In this document: piece after piece, positions 43,173-48,156 of the stretch | How the letters are laid out: every line of letters begins with the position of its first letter | Numbering within the stretch: the first letter of the stretch is position 1 | Origin: a virus | Lineage: Duplodnaviria; Caudoviricetes | IMG/VR virus record: IMGVR_UViG_3300042196_000043 | Location: 1-48,156 of that record | DNA length: 48,156 nucleotides | Direction: 5' to 3' (one strand) | The notes under the pieces: model-generated | The model's database searches: none | Told to the model about the DNA's origin: nothing | What the model saw: only the letters and a program-made list of their open reading frames with translations | Made by a program: the position numbers and the translations under genes

Positions 43173-43252
43173 GTCTGATTGTACCCCAACGCACCGGAAC
43201 GAACAAGCAACGCGGCCTGTTTTTGCCTTGCGGATTAAGGGGATAAGATGCC

Positions 43253-43567
43253 TCACTCAGCGGCCTCCAAGCGGTCGTCCAGGATGGCGCCCACCAGTCC
43301 GTCCCGCGCGATAATCTCCAGAAGGCGGGCCTCCAACTCCGGCACCGATAGGCCGCGCAGCCGGGCCTCATATGTGAGGGTGAAGGATGCGTAGGTGGGC
43401 CGCATGTTCTTCTTGGCCCAGCGCAGCGTGGCGCGGGCGTTGTCCTCGCGAATGCCTACGCGCTCGGCGATTGCCTTGACGCCCAAGCCCTGCTGGTGAA
43501 GCGCGAACACCGCGTGGCAGCGGGACGGGTAGCCAAGAGTAGGCTTGCGGACGCCGACGTGGTTCAC
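43253..43567 (-). CDS. HTH DNA-binding protein
   Basis: GLGVKAIAERVGI...RATL. Confidence 0.6.
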   Translation of the reverse strand: MNHVGVRKPTLGYPSRCHAVFALHQQGLGVKAIAERVGIREDNARATLRWAKKNMRPTYASFTLTYEARLRGLSVPELEARLLEIIARDGLVGAILDDRLEAAE

Positions 43568-43950
43568 TCTGTCCCTCCCTGTGTATCTGCCAGCCTGGAC
43601 TTGCTTCCCCACTGGTACGGCATGGTGCGCTTCTGGAATGGCCTGGACGGGATGCGCTTCTTCGGCCCGGTCTTGGTAATGCCGCGTAGGCGCTTGTCCT
43701 TCGCGATGGCATGTGAATCGCTGCCGTAGGACGTCGCTGGAGAGCCGTTCGTCTTCCGGGCGGCGCAGGGGCGGCAGAGGAGACAGTCGGGCTTGGCGGC
43801 GTTCCCTAGGGCGACGGGCGTCCAGTGTTCCGCAATGCATCTACCGCCCTCGAAAGCGTTCCCGCACCGGGCGCACTTACCGCCCTGGGACTCGTACATT
43901 GCAACTCGCTCTTTCTCGGTGAGATACTTGCGCTTAGCCACGGCTGTCAT
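43564..43950 (-). CDS. HNH endonuclease-like protein
   Basis: CARC...EH..PVALG...LLCRPC..RKT. Confidence 0.75.
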   Translation of the reverse strand: MTAVAKRKYLTEKERVAMYESQGGKCARCGNAFEGGRCIAEHWTPVALGNAAKPDCLLCRPCAARKTNGSPATSYGSDSHAIAKDKRLRGITKTGPKKRIPSRPFQKRTMPYQWGSKSRLADTQGGTE

Positions 43951-44146
43951 CCTGGCAAAGCACTTTCAAGTATCTGCCATTCCCCGCTAGGCGCGTGCTG
44001 GCAATAATTTCCATAGCCACCATTGCGCATTCTGTGGGCGTTACAGGCTGCTCGGAAACGAGCGGGGCGTAATGTGTCGCTGTTTCGCGCGTGCATTCTG
44101 CTGGAGCTATGGTAGACAGGCAGATGAGGACGATGGCTTGGATCAT
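43934..44146 (-). CDS. Small Cys-containing hydrophobic protein
   Basis: MIQAIVLICL...C...C...C. Confidence 0.55.
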   Translation of the reverse strand: MIQAIVLICLSTIAPAECTRETATHYAPLVSEQPVTPTECAMVAMEIIASTRLAGNGRYLKVLCQDDSRG

Positions 44147-44490
44147 CAGAACCCCGCCGGCTCGGGAAAGAAGCATCTGAGGTCGCCCGCATAGGCGCAG
44201 ACGTAGTGCTCTAGTCGCTGGCTCGGATAGACGCTCTTGTCGCCCTCTCGGAACACCCTGGAGGCGCCGTTCGGCACCGCCGGATGCGTGCCTGGCGGGA
44301 TAGTCACCAGCCATTCGCCGGGGCCTACTTCCTCCACCGTGCCGTTGTAGACGCGCACGGGGCCGCAGTCGTTGATGCCGCAGCAATGCCGGGTAGCCGG
44401 ATCGTCGGCGATCCACTGGGCATCGCCGTGGGCCCATGCCAGCGGGATAAGCACCAGGAAGGCAGCGGTGGCCAGCATGGCGAGCTTCAT
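44146..44490 (-). CDS. Secreted Cys-rich protein
   Basis: Signal peptide AWA-H; CC...DC...C...CF motif. Confidence 0.65.
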   Translation of the reverse strand: MKLAMLATAAFLVLIPLAWAHGDAQWIADDPATRHCCGINDCGPVRVYNGTVEEVGPGEWLVTIPPGTHPAVPNGASRVFREGDKSVYPSQRLEHYVCAYAGDLRCFFPEPAGF

Positions 44491-44491
44491 G

Positions 44492-44917
44492 TCAGGCCAC
44501 CCGCTTCAGGGTCGGCATAGCAGCAATCTCGCTTGGCAGGTCTACGTCCAGGAAGCCGTGCGCCTTGTCCCCCTTGTAGCGGCAGGGACAGGCCGGCAGA
44601 CGCATACCGCGATAGTCGAACCACGGGTCGATGCGGACAGTCACGCGACGGACACCAGCACCGCGCGTCGCCAGCTTGATGCCAGTGCCACCAAGCCCGG
44701 CGTTTATGGGCGCGATGCGGATCTTCCCGGCATCCTGCATCTTGCCGATGTGGGCGGTTACGTAGTCGCCATGCTGCCATCCAAGGGCTTCAGCAAGGTC
44801 GGTGGAGATGCTGATGTAGATACGCGGTTCCTTGCCGCCATCCCGCCTGCGAAGGCTGATGGACACATCGGCGCCGCGCGTAGACGGCCGTTTCGTTTCG
44901 ATGGGGTCAAAGCTCAT
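44492..44917 (-). CDS. Hypothetical protein (AbrB-like segment)
   Basis: ISISTDLAEALGW.HGD.V. Confidence 0.5.
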   Translation of the reverse strand: MSFDPIETKRPSTRGADVSISLRRRDGGKEPRIYISISTDLAEALGWQHGDYVTAHIGKMQDAGKIRIAPINAGLGGTGIKLATRGAGVRRVTVRIDPWFDYRGMRLPACPCRYKGDKAHGFLDVDLPSEIAAMPTLKRVA

Positions 44918-45282
44918 GCTGCGGCCTCCTCCACAAACGGCTCAATCTCGATGCGCACCCCGAAGACATGCGGCGACCACTGGACGGTTCCGCGCTCTAC
45001 AAGGCTGTCGTCTTCAATGATTCCGTGCTTCACCAGAAAGTCCTCCGGGGCCTTCACCAGATTGAAAACGTCCCGGCGCCTCTTATCGGGGCGGCCAAAG
45101 GTGAAGGTCAGCGACACCGGGCCATGAATTGGCTTAACGTTCTGCTTCCGCAGTGCTAAAATTGCTTCTTCCTGCCATGCCTTGTAGGACTTGCTTGGGA
45201 AGCGCCCGCCAGTCTTGCGGCTGTTCACGAACAGGTTGTTGACTGAGGGCGGCCACGGAAGAAAAAGGCAGGTGTAGTTCAT
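44914..45282 (-). CDS. rusA: RusA-like Holliday junction resolvase
   Basis: LPWPPSVN, PDKRRRD.FN..KA..D.L...G.IEDDS.V. Confidence 0.88.
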   Translation of the reverse strand: MNYTCLFLPWPPSVNNLFVNSRKTGGRFPSKSYKAWQEEAILALRKQNVKPIHGPVSLTFTFGRPDKRRRDVFNLVKAPEDFLVKHGIIEDDSLVERGTVQWSPHVFGVRIEIEPFVEEAAA

Positions 45283-45627
45283 GCGTCCGGCACCCACTTG
45301 TAGGTATGGCGCGCGCGGATCTTCCAGATAGCGACCTGGGAGACGGAGCGGCCGAACTCTTCCGAGTACGCCTCAGCCAGCTTCCTGCACGTGCAAAGGC
45401 TGCTGCGGATCTGACGCACTTGCTCCACGGTGAACTTGCGGCGGCGCTTGTCCATCAGCCGCCATAGCCCTCGTGGAGACGAAACAGCTCCTCCACAGTC
45501 GGCAGCGGCACCCGCTCATCAAGCATCCGCTCCTGGGCCATCGCATCAATGCGCTCGGCTTCTGCATGAAGCTGCTTTGCAAGCGTTGCGAGCTTCTCCG
45601 CCGAGTATCTCTGGACGATGTGCTGTG

Positions 45628-45852
45628 TCATGACAGGTGCTCCTTCATGGTCCGATCCCAGCGGGCGGACAGTTCAGCGGGGATGCCATCGCGCCACTCG
45701 GTGATATGCAGGGCCTCTTGTGGCACCAGCCATGCGTCTGCATCGCGATAGACCGCAGCCTTTGCCGCTCGGATAGCCCTGGTCTGGGTATAGCGGTAGG
45801 CCGGATCGCTCCACCGCTTGCGAGCGGCGATCTGTGAGGCGGACTCGCCCAT
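45628..45852 (-). CDS. Hypothetical protein
   Basis: GGAGG RBS; RKRWSDP.YR motif. Confidence 0.5.
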   Translation of the reverse strand: MGESASQIAARKRWSDPAYRYTQTRAIRAAKAAVYRDADAWLVPQEALHITEWRDGIPAELSARWDRTMKEHLS

Positions 45853-46109
45853 CAATGCACCCTCCCCTTCACCGGCAGCGAGTAAACGTTCGCGCCTTCG
45901 ACGGCACCGCCGCACCATGCGTCATCCTCTTCCGGGATGCGCCCACCTGAGAAGAGGGCGCACAGCCCCGCCGCCGCAATGCCTGCTGCCTGCACCGCGA
46001 ACGCAGCAGCAGCCCAGCCGATGCCGAGAAAGACGGCCGCCAGAAGGATCACGCCGAAGCCCACCGCAAGGCCGCAAAACAGGATGAGGTATGCAAGGAT
46101 GGTTCTCAT
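45852..46109 (-). CDS. Membrane protein
   Basis: Long hydrophobic stretch; GAGGAG RBS. Confidence 0.6.
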   Translation of the reverse strand: MRTILAYLILFCGLAVGFGVILLAAVFLGIGWAAAAFAVQAAGIAAAGLCALFSGGRIPEEDDAWCGGAVEGANVYSLPVKGRVH

Positions 46110-46449
46110 GTCAGGCTCCTCACAAAGGGGGCCCCGACTGCCGGGGGGCGACAGCCGGGGCCAGTGGTCGCCAGCGCGCAGGGGATGGCGCGGCGCTTCG
46201 CCGGCAGGGAGGCGCCGGGAAGAGGGTTGCGCGATTTAGCGGTAATCCGTTGTCGCGTTTGGTTTGCCGGGCTGGGTATGCCTACATCCCGGGCCATGGA
46301 CGAACCAATCGCATTTGTGACATTTTGTGGGCATTCCATGCTTGCGCCGTTTACTCCAAAGCGAGTAGGCTTCTGGAAAGCACGCACAGAACGTGCGGTC
46401 ACAGGAGATGGCAGCAGGAGGTTCGCCCCGATATGGCAGGAAAGCGCCA

Positions 46450-46662
46450 CTACTCCCCTCCCCGGCTTGTCTGGGATAATCCGAAGAAGTCTTCCGCCGT
46501 CACGGCGCCTTTGGTCGCTCGGTACAGGCCCTCCAAGGACCCCCTTGACGGGAAGCGCTCGCCGTTGCGCCAGCGGTTCACCGAAACCCGAGACACCTTC
46601 AGCAGGTTGGCCAGGGCTTTCTCTGAAAGGCCATGCTCGGCCATGTACTCGTTGAGCGTCAT
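46450..46662 (-). CDS. cro: Cro-like HTH repressor
   Basis: MTLNEYM...S...LA..L.VS..SVNRW.NG.RFP....T.GAVT..DF; divergent from cI. Confidence 0.85.
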   Translation of the reverse strand: MTLNEYMAEHGLSEKALANLLKVSRVSVNRWRNGERFPSRGSLEGLYRATKGAVTAEDFFGLSQTSRGGE

Positions 46663-46670
46663 GGGAACAA

Positions 46671-46687
46671 TGTACCTAGACGGTACA
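46671..46687. promoter_or_regulatory. Operator OR inside PR (- strand TTGCGC-N17-TACATT; leaderless cro)
   Basis: TGTACC-TAGAC-GGTACA; extra half-site at about 46706. Confidence 0.8.
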
Positions 46688-46756
46688 ATTAGCGCAACAG
46701 GAAAATGTACCCCGCCCGTCGTGGCGGGAACCCTGGATTTGTCGCAAAGTCATGGC

Positions 46757-47080
46757 ATGGAAAAGCGGCCCAACAGAATCGCTGAGTGGCGCAAGGCCAA
46801 GCGGATGAGCCAGGAGCGCCTGGCCGAGCTGTGCGGCACCACCCATGCCACGATCAGCCGGCTCGAGCGCGGCAAGCTTCCTCTGTCAGAACACTGGCTC
46901 CGCACGATAGGCCGCGTCCTGCGCGTCTCCATGGCCGACCTGCTAGTGGCCGAGGAGCAGGAGGCGCTGGAGAGCGCCGCCGACCTTGCCCGCGATATCC
47001 TGGCCTCCCTCCCGCACGAGCAGCGCCGCCAGTGGCTCGAAATGGGCGAGGCCCTAGCCTTCCGGCAGAAGGCGTCTTAA
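46757..47080 (+). CDS. cI: CI-like XRE repressor without an S24 peptidase domain
   Basis: NRIAEWRKAKRMSQERLAELCGTTHATISRLERG; 107 aa; flanked by operators. Confidence 0.82.
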   Translation: MEKRPNRIAEWRKAKRMSQERLAELCGTTHATISRLERGKLPLSEHWLRTIGRVLRVSMADLLVAEEQEALESAADLARDILASLPHEQRRQWLEMGEALAFRQKAS

Positions 47081-47097
47081 TCCCCTCCTGAGAAAAT

Positions 47098-47152
47098 TGT
47101 ACCACATGGGTACATTTTCCGCTTGACCTTCTCTGTACCTTAGCGGTACATT
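47098..47152 (+). promoter_or_regulatory. Two OL operators and PL (TTGACC...TACATT)
   Basis: TGTACC-ACATG-GGTACA (47098-47114) and TGTACC-TTAGC-GGTACA (47134-47150). Confidence 0.82.
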
Positions 47153-47170
47153 GTTCTCATCAACAGCCAG

Positions 47171-47374
47171 ATGAGGACGAGAGAGATGGCCGCGATGCTG
47201 AAAGACCTGGACGGGCTGAGTTTCCGCAACAACAGCGCGAACCTGCCGCACCCGGTGGACCTGTCTCGCTGGTACGACGCCGGCTACTACCGGATCGACA
47301 CCGCCAATGACTGCTTCCGCCTGACCGAGGCCGGCAAGCTCGCGGCGCTCGGGTTCGCTGGCGGAGCCGCCTGA
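47171..47374 (+). CDS. First early-left gene, hypothetical
   Basis: Follows PL; FRLTEAGK winged-helix-like end. Confidence 0.55.
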   Translation: MRTREMAAMLKDLDGLSFRNNSANLPHPVDLSRWYDAGYYRIDTANDCFRLTEAGKLAALGFAGGAA

Positions 47375-47540
47375 TGAGCGAGACACAGGACAAGCTGGCG
47401 AGCGCGATGCGGCGGTTGCTGGACCAATTCGACGGCGAAGAGGGCACCATCAACGCGCGGCCGGAGCCATCCTGCCTGGACTGCACGATGGGCGTGACGC
47501 CGGCCAAGTTCGACAAGGGTCCGTGCCCGAGATAGAGACG

Positions 47541-47795
47541 ATGACCGCATTCAAGGAAACGCCGTGGGCGGCAGAGGGAGCCGGGAAAGATGGCAGCGCC
47601 TTCGTCGTTGATTGCGACGGAAAGAGCGTCGCCATCGCACAGAATGCCGACCTCGCCCGCGCCATAGCCGCAGTCCCGCAGCTTATTGCGGCGCTGGACG
47701 CGGCGGAAATGGCGTTGGCCTACGGCGCCCGCAACAACGCCTTAGAGTTGATCCGCGCAACTCTCGCAGCCGTTACCGGCGGTAAGGTGGAGTGA
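47541..47795 (+). CDS. Hypothetical protein (TPW...NA.L..IAAVPQL..AL type)
   Basis: Common phage early-gene motif; shares its C-terminus with the Lar-like gene. Confidence 0.65.
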   Translation: MTAFKETPWAAEGAGKDGSAFVVDCDGKSVAIAQNADLARAIAAVPQLIAALDAAEMALAYGARNNALELIRATLAAVTGGKVE

Positions 47796-48029
47796 TATGG
47801 AACTGAAGCCATGCCCGTTCTGTGGTGGCCCCGCGAAAGAGGTCGTTGGTCTTGTCGGGTGCGAACCGTGCGCCATTGGGCGTCGCAACGCGGCATCGTG
47901 GAACACCCGCGCTCCCGACCCCATCCACGCGCAGCTTATTGCGGCGCTGGAGGGTGCAATGGATGAATTGGCTGAACTGCTGATCACGCTCAGCAGGGAC
48001 CCGCTCGACAACGACCCATTCCGGCAGGC
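47753..48029 (+). repeat. 277-bp unit duplicated in tandem across the junction (other copy 1-277), bounded by a 41-bp direct repeat
   Basis: CCGCGCAACTCTCGCAGCCGTTACCGGCGGTAAGGTGGAGT occurs at 1-41, 278-318, 47753-47793 and 48030-48070. Confidence 0.9.
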
Positions 48030-48072
48030 CCGCGCAACTCTCGCAGCCGTTACCGGCGGTAAGGTGGAGTGA
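47797..48072 (+). CDS. Lar-like zinc-ribbon protein, copy 1
   Basis: Same protein as 45-320. Confidence 0.7.
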   Translation: MELKPCPFCGGPAKEVVGLVGCEPCAIGRRNAASWNTRAPDPIHAQLIAALEGAMDELAELLITLSRDPLDNDPFRQARATLAAVTGGKVE

Positions 48073-48156
48073 TATGGAACTGAAGCCATGCCCGTTCTGT
48101 GGTGGCCCCGCGAAAGAGGTCGTTGGTCTTGTCGGGTGCGAACCGTGCGCCATTGG
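48030..48156 (+). repeat. 127-bp terminal overlap identical to nt 1-127 (probable assembly k-mer overlap)
   Basis: Direct comparison of both ends; 127 is a common assembler k value. Confidence 0.85.

Larger units (their letters stand above)
1..48156. mobile_element. Complete (circularly assembled) temperate-type tailed phage genome with a P22-like podovirus module
   Basis: Terminase, portal, capsid, gp10-like and ejection genes, a cI/cro switch and a RecE/RecT-like pair; nt 48030-48156 are identical to nt 1-127; no host housekeeping genes. Confidence 0.93.

Noticed and set aside
46091-46756. N-terminal 220 aa of the 329-aa track ORF as part of the repressor
   Set aside because: It overlaps cro and the operators on the opposite strand; the HTH starts at Met 46757
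47371-47400. Hammerhead ribozyme core (CTGATGAG)
   Set aside because: It is a TGA/ATG gene overlap, with no matching GAAA or flanking stems
48030-48156. Physical direct terminal repeat of the virion DNA
   Set aside because: It is exactly 127 bp, starts inside a repeat and lies far from terS; this fits an assembler overlap better

Overview
The window looks like one complete, circularly assembled genome of a tailed dsDNA phage. It is about 48.0 kb and GC-rich; the last 127 nt repeat the first 127 nt, which is an assembler-type overlap. The layout is lambdoid with a P22-like short-tailed virion, and the host is probably an alphaproteobacterium (inference). The + strand (47.1 kb, through the contig junction, to 7.4 kb) is the early-left arm: many small ORFs, Lar-like genes, a RecE/ExoVIII-like nuclease with a SAP domain, and a RecT-like annealing protein. 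A cro/cI switch with three 17-bp TGTACC-N5-GGTACA operators sits at 46.4-47.2 kb. The - strand carries RusA, HNH, a truncated replication protein, a DNA methylase and a Q-like regulator, then terminase, portal, GroES, scaffold, capsid, accessory virion proteins, a P22 gp10-like protein, ejection proteins, a tail fibre, a phosphoesterase cassette and a lysis-like region. I found no integrase, ParA/B, helicase, polymerase or canonical endolysin. Most notable: (1) a dif-like 28-mer with an abutting IHF-consensus box where attP/int would be expected, suggesting host XerCD-mediated integration; (2) several candidate structured small RNAs, each behind its own sigma70-like promoter, including one with tRNA D and T arms but no anticodon arm; (3) an antisense RNA whose 5' seed matches the ribosome-binding site leading into the replication gene; (4) a LapG/BTLCP-like protease at the endolysin position; (5) a 1029-aa signal-peptide protein inside the virion operon; (6) a tandem duplication of a Lar-like gene between 41-bp repeats. 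All family calls come from motif recognition by eye; no searches were run.
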